This document shows, piece after piece, positions 37,706 through 46,540 of a stretch of 64,000 nt of DNA. The number at the start of each line of letters is the position of its first letter. Position 1 is the stretch's first letter. Below the pieces are notes generated by a model. That model had not been told where the DNA came from, did not search any database, and was given only the letters and a program-made list of their open reading frames with translations. This DNA is from Bacteroides thetaiotaomicron (GTDB lineage: Bacteria; Bacteroidota; Bacteroidia; Bacteroidales; Bacteroidaceae). Made by a program: the position numbers and the translations under genes. Location: positions 9,100 through 73,099 of the forward strand of contig DXOL01000057.1 in NCBI GenBank assembly GCA_019412825.1. The letters run 5' to 3'.

Positions 37706-39397
37706 ATGAAAAGCAGTACATTGATAACTATTCTATCTACATTCTTATTAGTAGGGTGCAGCAAACAACAATCCACTTTGGACAAACAACTGGATGAGGT
37801 TGAAAAAATCATAGAAGTAAATCCTGATAGCGCATCAAGCATACTGGAAAACATAGCATCTCCGGAACAGCTGGATGATAGAACTTTTGCACGTTGGTGT
37901 ATGTTATCAGGTAAAGTCACTGACGAAATCTTTAATACCCTATTGCCATCTTATCAATTCGAGCGAGCTAACGCGTGGTATTCATCCTACGGTAAATCCA
38001 ATGAACAAGTACAAATCTTAATTTATTTAGGACGTTCCTATGCAAATGACGGGGATTATGACAAATCAATGTCTATATATACTAATGCGTTAGAGATTGG
38101 TAAAAAAAACAAGCTATATAATTTAGTTGGATATACACATAGCTATATGGGTGATTTATATAGAGAAAAAGCGATGCGGACAGAAGCTATCAAAAAATAC
38201 AAAATGGCAGCCTACAATTTCAAAAAAGAAAATAACACTGATAGCTATGCTTGTGCTCTAAGAGATATAGGACGCGAATACGCATGCATTGATTCCATAT
38301 CCCGTGCCCTTGAAATTCTGATTATGGCAGATTCTATAGCCGAGACTTCAGAGAATAAAAATGTAAAAGCTTCAATCGAAAACACTCTGGGCAACATATA
38401 TGTAATGCAAAACAAATACGATAAAGCCAAAAAGTTCTTTTATAAAGCACTGGAAGGAAGAAACAAAATGCCAAATTACATGGCCTTAATTGACTTATAC
38501 ATAGCATCCGACTCTATAAACCAAGCAAAAGGATTTCTGCAAAAAATTCCTCAAGATAATCCGACTTATACTTATAGTATTAAATATCTATATTACCAGA
38601 TATACAAGTCAGAAAAAAAATATGAGCAAGCACTCGCTTATCTGGAAGAATGCACAGACTTAGTAGATTCCATTGTATATGCAGATAATCAATCTAAGAT
38701 ACTAAACATAGAATCCCAATATAACCACTTGAAAATTAGCAAAGAAGTAGATAATTTAAAAATGAAGCAACAAAGCTACATTATAGTTTCTGTTATCTGC
38801 ATTGCAGCTCTATTATTGATGATTATAGGATATTTATTATACAGAAGAAAAGTAAAAGAGAAAATTTTTAAACAACAAAAAGAATTAGATAAGATGAAGT
38901 TAAACCTATACACACTTTCTCTTGAACTTGAAAAGAAACGAAGTTCATTAAACACATTCAAAGAAAAAGACGAAAATTATGATAAAATGCAAAAAGAAAT
39001 AAATCACCTATTCACTAATTACAGGAAATTACAGAACAAGATATTAGTCGATTCTCCTTTATATAAAGAGCTAGTTTCTCTTACTAATAAAAATATGCCT
39101 AGAATTACAGAACCATTGATTAGCAAAGACCAATGGAAACTCATCGTCAACGAAATTACAAGTATCTATCCAAACCTCTACAATTATTTATTTAGCTTAT
39201 GCCCGACTTTATCAGACGAAGATTTTCAATATTGTTGTTTCTACCTATATGGATTCGACACTAATGCAGAAGCAAAATTATTAAATATTGCCACTGGATC
39301 TGTAAGGAGAAAGCATAACAGGCTTAAAGAAAAACTGAATATAACACTACCAAACAACTCCACTTTATATGAATACTTGATGAAAAACATGGGCTAA
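37706..39397 (+). CDS. Membrane-anchored one-component regulator: lipoprotein signal, extracytoplasmic TPR domain, TM helix, cytoplasmic coiled coil and LuxR/GerE-type HTH.
   Basis: Lipobox FLLVGCSKQ. TPR-like repeats (YLGRSYANDGDYDKSMSIYTNALEI, LGNIYVMQNKYDKAKKFFYKAL). TM segment SYIIVSVICIAALLLMIIGYLLY. C-terminal LSDEDFQYCCFYLYGFDTNAEAKLLNIATGSVRRKHNRLKEKL. The start is at MKSS (37706), not the upstream TTG. Confidence 0.8.
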   Translation: MKSSTLITILSTFLLVGCSKQQSTLDKQLDEVEKIIEVNPDSASSILENIASPEQLDDRTFARWCMLSGKVTDEIFNTLLPSYQFERANAWYSSYGKSNEQVQILIYLGRSYANDGDYDKSMSIYTNALEIGKKNKLYNLVGYTHSYMGDLYREKAMRTEAIKKYKMAAYNFKKENNTDSYACALRDIGREYACIDSISRALEILIMADSIAETSENKNVKASIENTLGNIYVMQNKYDKAKKFFYKALEGRNKMPNYMALIDLYIASDSINQAKGFLQKIPQDNPTYTYSIKYLYYQIYKSEKKYEQALAYLEECTDLVDSIVYADNQSKILNIESQYNHLKISKEVDNLKMKQQSYIIVSVICIAALLLMIIGYLLYRRKVKEKIFKQQKELDKMKLNLYTLSLELEKKRSSLNTFKEKDENYDKMQKEINHLFTNYRKLQNKILVDSPLYKELVSLTNKNMPRITEPLISKDQWKLIVNEITSIYPNLYNYLFSLCPTLSDEDFQYCCFYLYGFDTNAEAKLLNIATGSVRRKHNRLKEKLNITLPNNSTLYEYLMKNMG

Positions 39398-39530
39398 CTT
39401 TCATGTTTATATGAATATTTAGTTCCTGTCACTTTGGCTGTACACGCAAAAGTCTTAACTAACTGATTATCAACCATCATCTGTCTACGTCAAAACAATC
39501 ATTTTACTAAATGTAGCTCTCCATTTTTCG

Positions 39531-39538
39531 TAAATTTG
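39531..39538 (+). promoter_or_regulatory. Bacteroides-type -7 box (TAAATTTG) for the protease operon.
   Basis: Exact match to TAnnTTTG, 19 bp upstream of the ATG at 39557. It overlaps the TTG start in the ORF track. Confidence 0.5.
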
Positions 39539-39556
39539 CAGAAAACGTTTAGAAAT

Positions 39557-39931
39557 ATGAGAAAGTTAAGCATTACACTATTATTAATTGGCATTTCATT
39601 CATGACAATGGAAGCCAATAATTATTCAACAGACCACAAAACTTCAATCTATTTTAAGAAGTGGGATGACCGCCAGAAGTCAGTAGTTTTTTTACCTATA
39701 GAAGCTACTATAGAGGAAAATAACATCGAAGTACAGTTCTTTGAGAAACTGAATGAAGCCGTCACCTTCCAAGTTAAAGACAAAAATGGAAACATTGTAT
39801 TCCAAGACGTGGTGATTCCTGATAAGCTAGAAATCTATCAAATAGATTTAGATGGCTTTAAAGCCGATCAATATGAACTACTTTATATAGAAAAAGATGT
39901 GACTTTCATTGGAGAGTTTGAAATCGAGTAG
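39557..39931 (+). CDS. Small secreted beta-sandwich protein; DUF3244-like assignment is tentative.
   Basis: About 124 aa with a signal peptide (MRKLSITLLLIGISFMTMEA). Block NIEVQFFEKLNEAVTFQVKDKNGNIVFQDVV is typical of that family as I recall it. Confidence 0.65.
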   Translation: MRKLSITLLLIGISFMTMEANNYSTDHKTSIYFKKWDDRQKSVVFLPIEATIEENNIEVQFFEKLNEAVTFQVKDKNGNIVFQDVVIPDKLEIYQIDLDGFKADQYELLYIEKDVTFIGEFEIE

Positions 39932-39976
39932 GTAATAACCTCAGCTCATAAAATAATATTAACTAAAAATTATACC

Positions 39977-41263
39977 ATGAGAAAACTATTAATTATCGTA
40001 TCATTGTTTACAATGATGTCATGTCAAGAGAATCTTGATATGATTGACAGTGAAAACTTACCTGAAACAAGTAGTAGCACGAACCCTGAATTCAAAGTTA
40101 ATGAAGAAGACATTCAATCGACTATCGATGAGTTTTATGGAGTATCCTCTCTCTCTCCTACAAGGGTCGAGAATTCTGTTAATATAAAAAAAATAACTTC
40201 ATTGACTAAAAGCAAGACACGAAATATTGGCAGTGACTCTGATATAGATGTAAATGACATTCTTTATATAGTAAAGTTATCTAATGGAAATACTGCTTTT
40301 GTTGCAGCTGATAAGCGTGCCAAATCATTATATGGCATTGCAGATGGAAATGTAGAGCTTGACAATACTGATCTCATAAACAGTAACATACCCGGTGGAT
40401 TAGTTGCCATTTTAAGCAATGCAATAGCCGATATTAAGTATTCTATAAAATACAATACTGAAGTTAATGACGATTGGAAAACGGTAAACGTTTCCACAAG
40501 GGCAGACTCAGATATAGTTGGAGGAAAAGAAATGTTTACCATGGAGCCTAGGTGTCCAGTTTCTTGGCATCAATTCGCACCGTTTAATAATGCATGTCCT
40601 CTATATACCAACAGCAATGGAGATAAAGTACACTCTGCTGCGGGATGCGTTGCAGTTGCAGCAGCACAAGCTCTATTATGTTTATGGGATCGTTCAAAAA
40701 CTACTTTTTATTACTACACATTAATAACATCATGGGATCGGCTAAGCGAAATAAAACATGACAATCAGTTTATTGCCGGAAGTGATGAAGAAACTGATGT
40801 CGCAAATTTAATACATGAAATCGGACAAGCAGTAGGAATGAAGTATGGACCGAGTAGTAGTGCGAATACAGAAGATGCAGTAAAAGCCGTATGCCTTCTA
40901 TCACAAGGTTATCTCAAATACGAAAGTTCCCCTTTTAATGAAACTATTGAAAACACTTTAGTACAGAAAAGTGGTATAGTATGGTTATCTGCTAGAAATA
41001 GTAATGACGAGGGGCATTCAATGCTAATAGATGCATTACGACTCGTATTTACTACTGGGGCCTGTAGTACATGTGTAGATGCAACAAAATATGTAAAGAG
41101 ATATTTCCATATCAATTATGGATGGGGGGAAAGTTATAATGGCTATTATCTTTATATACCACAATCAGACAATTATGATCAGGATTTGAGATGGGAAGGC
41201 ACATCTAGAACCTTTCCATATAAAATGAAGGCATACAGTGTATGGCAAACAAAAAATGAATAA
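39977..41263 (+). CDS. C10-family (streptopain/SpeB-like) cysteine peptidase lipoprotein with an N-terminal pro-region.
   Basis: Lipobox FTMMSCQE. Catalytic Cys context HSAAGCVAVAAAQALL (compare SpeB GCVATA). His context EGHSMLIDA. Also HINYGWGESYNGYY (compare SpeB HINWGWGG). Confidence 0.88.
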   Translation: MRKLLIIVSLFTMMSCQENLDMIDSENLPETSSSTNPEFKVNEEDIQSTIDEFYGVSSLSPTRVENSVNIKKITSLTKSKTRNIGSDSDIDVNDILYIVKLSNGNTAFVAADKRAKSLYGIADGNVELDNTDLINSNIPGGLVAILSNAIADIKYSIKYNTEVNDDWKTVNVSTRADSDIVGGKEMFTMEPRCPVSWHQFAPFNNACPLYTNSNGDKVHSAAGCVAVAAAQALLCLWDRSKTTFYYYTLITSWDRLSEIKHDNQFIAGSDEETDVANLIHEIGQAVGMKYGPSSSANTEDAVKAVCLLSQGYLKYESSPFNETIENTLVQKSGIVWLSARNSNDEGHSMLIDALRLVFTTGACSTCVDATKYVKRYFHINYGWGESYNGYYLYIPQSDNYDQDLRWEGTSRTFPYKMKAYSVWQTKNE

Positions 41264-41687
41264 AATGAAATACAAATTAATCATAACTGCCCTTTATATA
41301 ATCATGAGCGCTTGTAATAATACCGATTCCAATGAATTCGCTTTCTCTAACTATAGTTGGGAATGCCCAAAAGAAGGAGGTAAGGAAATATTCACATCCA
41401 ATAAAGAAGAATGGAAAATTGATCAGTTAATACTTGATGGAATTATTATTAAAGAATATAGTCCAGAATATATTGAAGATAAAAATCAGAGTTTTCCACC
41501 TGACAAATTTGAATTTGATTTTTTCTCTTTTAAAATCGAAGGAAAGAAAGTTACTATTTGTATACTAGAAAACACAACAGGAAAAAGTAGAAGCATAAAA
41601 TTTATATGCAGACATGTAAATACATATCATACTATAACTGTTGTACAGCTACCTGATATCAATATCATGGAACACTCTGGAAACTAA
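41256..41687 (+). CDS. Small lipoprotein translationally coupled to the C10 peptidase; candidate cognate inhibitor.
   Basis: Its ATG overlaps the C10 stop (alternative ATG at 41265). Lipobox IIMSACNN. The mature protein is about 125 aa and all-beta-like, ending ...TYHTITVVQ (single Ig/BACON-like pattern). Confidence 0.65.
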   Translation: MNKMKYKLIITALYIIMSACNNTDSNEFAFSNYSWECPKEGGKEIFTSNKEEWKIDQLILDGIIIKEYSPEYIEDKNQSFPPDKFEFDFFSFKIEGKKVTICILENTTGKSRSIKFICRHVNTYHTITVVQLPDINIMEHSGN

Positions 41688-41806
41688 AAGTTTCGATGAA
41701 TAAGTATTATATAGTTGGCATAACAATAATACGAAAAGTATTCTCTTAAAAAGATAAAAGATCAATCAAAAGACACATTAATTAAACAATTTAATAATAA
41801 GTAATC

Positions 41807-43156
41807 ATGAAAACAGCAAAATCTAATATTCTAACAGGACTTACCTATGCTTTATCAGTAATAGGTTGTCTATCTGTTGCTTCGTGTGCAGATAATGGGA
41901 ATTACATTGAAAAGGATTCGAGTATAAAATCTGAGTCTGATAATTCAAAATATGACGAAAATAACTATAGTTTTAATACTATAAACTTATGGGGTAGTGA
42001 AGCGGCTGTAGTTGACAAAGGAGACTACTATATTTTTCAAGGTGACATTCACTTATTAAAAGAAGATTTAATCCAAACCAGAGGTGCTGCCAGAATAGAT
42101 CGTAGATGGCCTAACAATAAAGTTTATTATTCTGTGGACGGTATTCCGGCTATATATACAAAGTATATATACAAAGCAATAGAATGGATTGAGAATGGTT
42201 CATATATCGATATGGTACCCCGTTACAATGAAGGAGACTATATTCAATTCAATTTTTTGGATCAGAATGAATGGTCAGCATATTCCGATTATGTAGGCAG
42301 AAAAGGAGGAACTCAAAATATAGGACTATCCCGGGAAGCAATTATAAGCGTTGGCACTATTGCTCATGAAATATGCCATACTATTGGGATGTATCATGAA
42401 ATGAGCAGAACCGACAGGGACAATTACATACGTATTAATTTTGAAGGTATGGATGAAGATACACGATATCAGTATAAAACTTATGCCGAAATGAATCAGA
42501 ATGGAGTAAATGTGGGAAGTTTCGATTTTGGTTCTTTAATGATGTATTCTTCAGGTGGAGTCATGTACAAACTTGATAATAGTTACATAAGATCACAAAG
42601 AGATAGTCTATCAAATACTGACATGTTAACTCTGGCAACATTACAACCTATAGGAGACCAATTCAAATTTTTCGATCCATACGGTTATAATGAACCTTAC
42701 GACAGCGATTATGAATATAGAAGGACCAAAATCATACAATGTCCTGAAGGGGCTAAGATAGACTTCAAATTTCAATATAATTATAAACCTACATCATCTA
42801 ACTTAGGCGGATATACTGTAGACGATTTTAATGTCAGAACCATAATCTCAATTATCAATAGAAATACTAATCAAGAAGTTTATTCAAAAGAAATCCCCCT
42901 TGGCGTCACTACAACATGGACAGATATCTATTTAAGAGGTATCAATATACCACAAGGTGGATTCACTACAAAGGTAACATTAATAGGTTCAGTGAAGGGG
43001 ACATCTACCTCTGATAAATTAAATGCTCTAAAAAGAGTTATGTACAATCCAAGTGTATACTTACATCTCGATAAAGTTGAAATAAAAGGAGTAAATAAAC
43101 ATATTCCCAATGAATTTGGAAATGATGATAGAATCTTTACATTCATATCAATATGA
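41807..43156 (+). CDS. Astacin-family (M12A, flavastacin-like) zinc metallopeptidase lipoprotein with a C-terminal domain of about 170 aa and unknown function.
   Basis: Lipobox SVASCADN. Full astacin signature HEICHTIGMYHEMSRTDRDNYIRI (HExxHxxGxxHExxRxDRD). Met-turn GSLMMYS retains the Tyr. Confidence 0.88.
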   Translation: MKTAKSNILTGLTYALSVIGCLSVASCADNGNYIEKDSSIKSESDNSKYDENNYSFNTINLWGSEAAVVDKGDYYIFQGDIHLLKEDLIQTRGAARIDRRWPNNKVYYSVDGIPAIYTKYIYKAIEWIENGSYIDMVPRYNEGDYIQFNFLDQNEWSAYSDYVGRKGGTQNIGLSREAIISVGTIAHEICHTIGMYHEMSRTDRDNYIRINFEGMDEDTRYQYKTYAEMNQNGVNVGSFDFGSLMMYSSGGVMYKLDNSYIRSQRDSLSNTDMLTLATLQPIGDQFKFFDPYGYNEPYDSDYEYRRTKIIQCPEGAKIDFKFQYNYKPTSSNLGGYTVDDFNVRTIISIINRNTNQEVYSKEIPLGVTTTWTDIYLRGINIPQGGFTTKVTLIGSVKGTSTSDKLNALKRVMYNPSVYLHLDKVEIKGVNKHIPNEFGNDDRIFTFISI

Positions 43157-43521
43157 CAAACAGGATATATAACACTTTTGTATTTTTAATCATTATAGGT
43201 TTATGCTTTTATTCTTGTAATGACGATGAGAAGCAAAAAGAAAAATATAAAATAATGACCCTAAAAGTCGCAGCTTATAGAGATTATTATGTTGCACCAG
43301 AGCATGGTATAACTACCAATATATTGGGTTATGTTGTTACGGATGAAAACAACAAGACATACGTCATCGAAACAATCAAAGGTTTTGAAGATGAGTATGA
43401 AGAAGGGTATGAGTTTGTGATTAAAGTCAAAGCAGTAAACAAAAATCAAGGCGAACCGGTACAAGATCTATTGGGATATTATTATTATCTATTGGAAGTA
43501 TTAAGTAAGGAGAAAGTTTAA
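43153..43521 (+). CDS. Small lipoprotein translationally coupled to the astacin gene; DUF4377-like assignment is tentative.
   Basis: ATGA start/stop overlap with the astacin gene. Lipobox CFYSCNDD. Block IKGFEDEYEEGYEFVIKVKAV...YYYYLLEVLSKEK resembles the DUF4377 pattern (GF.YE.GYEY.L.V...Y.LVEV) as I recall it. Confidence 0.65.
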   Translation: MTNRIYNTFVFLIIIGLCFYSCNDDEKQKEKYKIMTLKVAAYRDYYVAPEHGITTNILGYVVTDENNKTYVIETIKGFEDEYEEGYEFVIKVKAVNKNQGEPVQDLLGYYYYLLEVLSKEKV

Positions 43522-43698
43522 GGCGCTGATTAGAAAACTGGTTATATAAAAAAATCCTCTATGAATTAGCAGTAGGGAGTGGTAGCTTTTTATCACTCCC
43601 TTATTGGACTATTCGTTTTTTATTGTAATATTGCATAATCATAAATAACTGCATGTAGACATATATTCATCTACATAAAAAACATTAATTAGAAAGAT

Positions 43699-44175
43699 AT
43701 GAAACTACATCAAACTAAACTACTATATGTTCTATTCGCACTTTTCATCTTAATTGGCTGCAAAGAAAATACTGATATCCCGCCATTTATTTTTAATTGT
43801 AAAGTAAAACTCATCAATAAGGACGGAAGCTCACCCTTGTCGGAAAATAAAGATAAAATAAATCAGATTACAGTGAACCTACTAAAGCCAATTAACAACG
43901 ATGCCAAATTGACTGATATATCATATCTTGAATATTACAATTGTCTTGATATACAAATTCGAGAATGGGAAGCCTGCATTAAAAATAATGGTAATTATGA
44001 ACAAGAGTACATTTTAGAAATCCAATATCCTGAAGTAATCCGGAAAGAAAAGGATACAATCAAAATAAAATATCAATTCAAGAATGCCCGTCCATCCATT
44101 ATTGAGGCTTATTATAATGATTTAAGACCAGCAAATATAAGCGTCAATGATGTCACTTTTGAAATTGATAATTAG
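43699..44175 (+). CDS. Hypothetical lipoprotein.
   Basis: 158-aa ORF with lipobox FILIGCKEN. AT-rich like the rest of the island. It is separated from the upstream operon by two hairpins. Confidence 0.55.
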   Translation: MKLHQTKLLYVLFALFILIGCKENTDIPPFIFNCKVKLINKDGSSPLSENKDKINQITVNLLKPINNDAKLTDISYLEYYNCLDIQIREWEACIKNNGNYEQEYILEIQYPEVIRKEKDTIKIKYQFKNARPSIIEAYYNDLRPANISVNDVTFEIDN

Positions 44176-44184
44176 AATTGGGAT

Positions 44185-44219
44185 GAGAAACTATTCCATA
44201 ATATTATGAAATAGTTCTC
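44185..44219. terminator. Bidirectional hairpin between convergent genes.
   Basis: GAGAAACTATTCCATAATATTATGAAATAGTTCTC is an imperfect palindrome lying between the stops at 44175 (+) and 44223 (-). Confidence 0.55.
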
Positions 44220-44222
44220 CAT

Positions 44223-45458
44223 TCATCGTCTATCGTGAAATCTATATCCAATCCCCAACATTAAATTGTTGGGGTCTTTAAACTTACTCAACTGATATCC
44301 CACATGCAGAAATAAATGGCGGGTAACATAAGTTTTGAGAGCCAATATTTGATAGAAACCTTCCGTATCATCGCCACTATATATCATATTTCGTCCGATA
44401 CCGGCATTGATGGAGAAAATAGGCATCACCAGTTCTGCCCGAAGAGACACCCCCACCGCAAATTGTTCGCGGAATGGAGGACGGTGAAACTTTATATCAT
44501 CCCCATAAGTTCCTACTAGCTTATAGTCCTTAATATTGGCACTCTCGTCAAATTGCGCATCCACAGAAAGTCCTGCCCGGAAATAGTTATTGAAATTATA
44601 CATCGGGGCAAAATTGAGACCAACGATTCCGAACGAACCGGGAACCAAAGTGGGGATACCTTCTTTAACGAATCCTCTTTTGCGAGTGGCGCCGTATACC
44701 AACAAGTCATAGCTGACGTGTGGCTTTATGTAAAGACGTTTGGGAGCAATTGCTCCGGACGCCTTATCTTCGGCATTAAAGGTACGTACAATGCCGACTC
44801 TCCCTCCGATAGTATTGAGACCTCCATTGGGATAACGCGTATTTCCATTGGAGAAATGAGTGAAGTCCACACCTACTGCAAGTTTCCACTGTGGATAAAA
44901 CTGCCAGTTCAAGACAAAGCCCAAATTGATATACGCATTGATTTTAGAACCGATAGCGTCATTGTACCAATTGCTGTGTTCATCATATTGTTTCCAACCG
45001 AAAGAAGCACCGAAATTCCACTCATAATCCAACGACAAACGGGATGAAAGCCGTACAATAGGTGCCCCTTGAAAAGCATATACCGCCACCGGATTTCCCA
45101 GTTCAGCGGAATTATAAAATGTATTATGCGAAACACCGATGCCCTGATAAGCATGAGGATACAACCTCCCCAAATAGGAATCTTTGCTGAACTGGAAAGC
45201 ATACTTCAAGTGCAGGGAAAGTGACCGATCAATTTTCTGCCGTTGTGCATTATCGCCTTCAAGGAAACTGTTTGTCGGAGCTACATAGCCCGGACGAACG
45301 TCAAAACCTATCTGATGGATGAGGGCATGGTTGGTGCTGTCATTCTGTTGCCTGACAGGTTTCACTACTGTCTGAGCATCCAATTTGCTGCCGACTGCCG
45401 AGAACAGCAGCAAGCAGATTATATACAGAGACCGTTTGGTATTCATATTTCTACTCAT
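44223..45458 (-). CDS. Outer-membrane acyloxyacyl hydrolase (PagL-like lipid A deacylase family).
   Basis: Signal peptide, beta-barrel-like alternating pattern and an HFSNGN motif (PagL His-x-Ser). The start is at MSRN, giving an ATGA overlap with the upstream gene's stop. Confidence 0.75.
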   Translation of the reverse strand: MSRNMNTKRSLYIICLLLFSAVGSKLDAQTVVKPVRQQNDSTNHALIHQIGFDVRPGYVAPTNSFLEGDNAQRQKIDRSLSLHLKYAFQFSKDSYLGRLYPHAYQGIGVSHNTFYNSAELGNPVAVYAFQGAPIVRLSSRLSLDYEWNFGASFGWKQYDEHSNWYNDAIGSKINAYINLGFVLNWQFYPQWKLAVGVDFTHFSNGNTRYPNGGLNTIGGRVGIVRTFNAEDKASGAIAPKRLYIKPHVSYDLLVYGATRKRGFVKEGIPTLVPGSFGIVGLNFAPMYNFNNYFRAGLSVDAQFDESANIKDYKLVGTYGDDIKFHRPPFREQFAVGVSLRAELVMPIFSINAGIGRNMIYSGDDTEGFYQILALKTYVTRHLFLHVGYQLSKFKDPNNLMLGIGYRFHDRR

Positions 45459-46402
45459 TTGATATTCTCGCGTGCTATATAACATTTTCCGGGCATTTTA
45501 CTTTGCAACGTACCGGTTATAGTACGTTGCCTCCCATTCTTAGGGTGAACAGCATAAAGGGTGTACTCCGTTTCGAACCACTCACATTCTAACAGCATGG
45601 TGATACGTTGAGTAGTTTTAGGCGGGATAGAAATCTCCTTCTTCTCCGTATCAGGGAAAGGCAAAGGCAGTGCTTGCTGCTCAGACGCATATTGCGCCTG
45701 TACACCGTTCATTCCCAACCATTCGTTTTCCATGCTTGGTATCTCTACTGTCGGATTATCTCCACCCAATAGCCGGAAAGCCTCAGGATCATCGCTTTTG
45801 AACACCACTTCATGGTGGGCGTCCTTGTAAGGGAATAACAGGCATGGGGAGGGAGTATCTGAATTATTAGATTGTATAAAACTCTTTGTTTCTTCCAGTC
45901 TCCATTCATGAGAATACGCATTTAAAGAATAAGTGATATGATCGAACACATATCTGTCCGACGGAGTAATTTCAACATATATCTCTTGTGATTCATAGTC
46001 ATTGCTCACTACAAGCATGAATCTAAAATAGTCGTTACGGACGTTTTCGCCCACTGTTATCTTTAGTTCTTTGGGGTTACTGCGTTGAATGATGAAATCG
46101 GTCAGTTTTTCATTGCATACAATCTTGCCTAATCCTTTCAGGTAAGCATCCTGGTTTCTCATTATCAGATTGTCGTCGGCATCATAAACTTCATATTGAT
46201 GGGTAAAGTCACTATCGTAAGTATACATCCAAACCAAATCCCAATTGGAGGATGCAAAACGAATAGTTACCTCATCACCATTCCCGTCCAAAGTAAATTC
46301 GGAATCGGAAGTCCGGAAGTCATCGACGAATACATCATCGTTACACCCATAAAGAACTAGAAAAATAAAAAGATATGCCGTTAAGTTTACGATTGTTTTC
46401 AT
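45455..46402 (-). CDS. Hypothetical lipoprotein, translationally coupled to the PagL-like gene.
   Basis: 315-aa ORF with lipobox LVLYGCNDD. I recognised no family. Confidence 0.7.
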   Translation of the reverse strand: MKTIVNLTAYLFIFLVLYGCNDDVFVDDFRTSDSEFTLDGNGDEVTIRFASSNWDLVWMYTYDSDFTHQYEVYDADDNLIMRNQDAYLKGLGKIVCNEKLTDFIIQRSNPKELKITVGENVRNDYFRFMLVVSNDYESQEIYVEITPSDRYVFDHITYSLNAYSHEWRLEETKSFIQSNNSDTPSPCLLFPYKDAHHEVVFKSDDPEAFRLLGGDNPTVEIPSMENEWLGMNGVQAQYASEQQALPLPFPDTEKKEISIPPKTTQRITMLLECEWFETEYTLYAVHPKNGRQRTITGTLQSKMPGKCYIARENIK

Positions 46403-46540
46403 GTTGCTTGTTCTCTAGTCATTTCGTTGGCGACAAAAGTAATATATATTTTTAGAAGAGAGTTATTATCTACTCTGTTTTAGTTGCCACATAAAGGAAA
46501 ATAAACTATTTTTGTTCTCAACATTAAAGAGGGAGCAATT

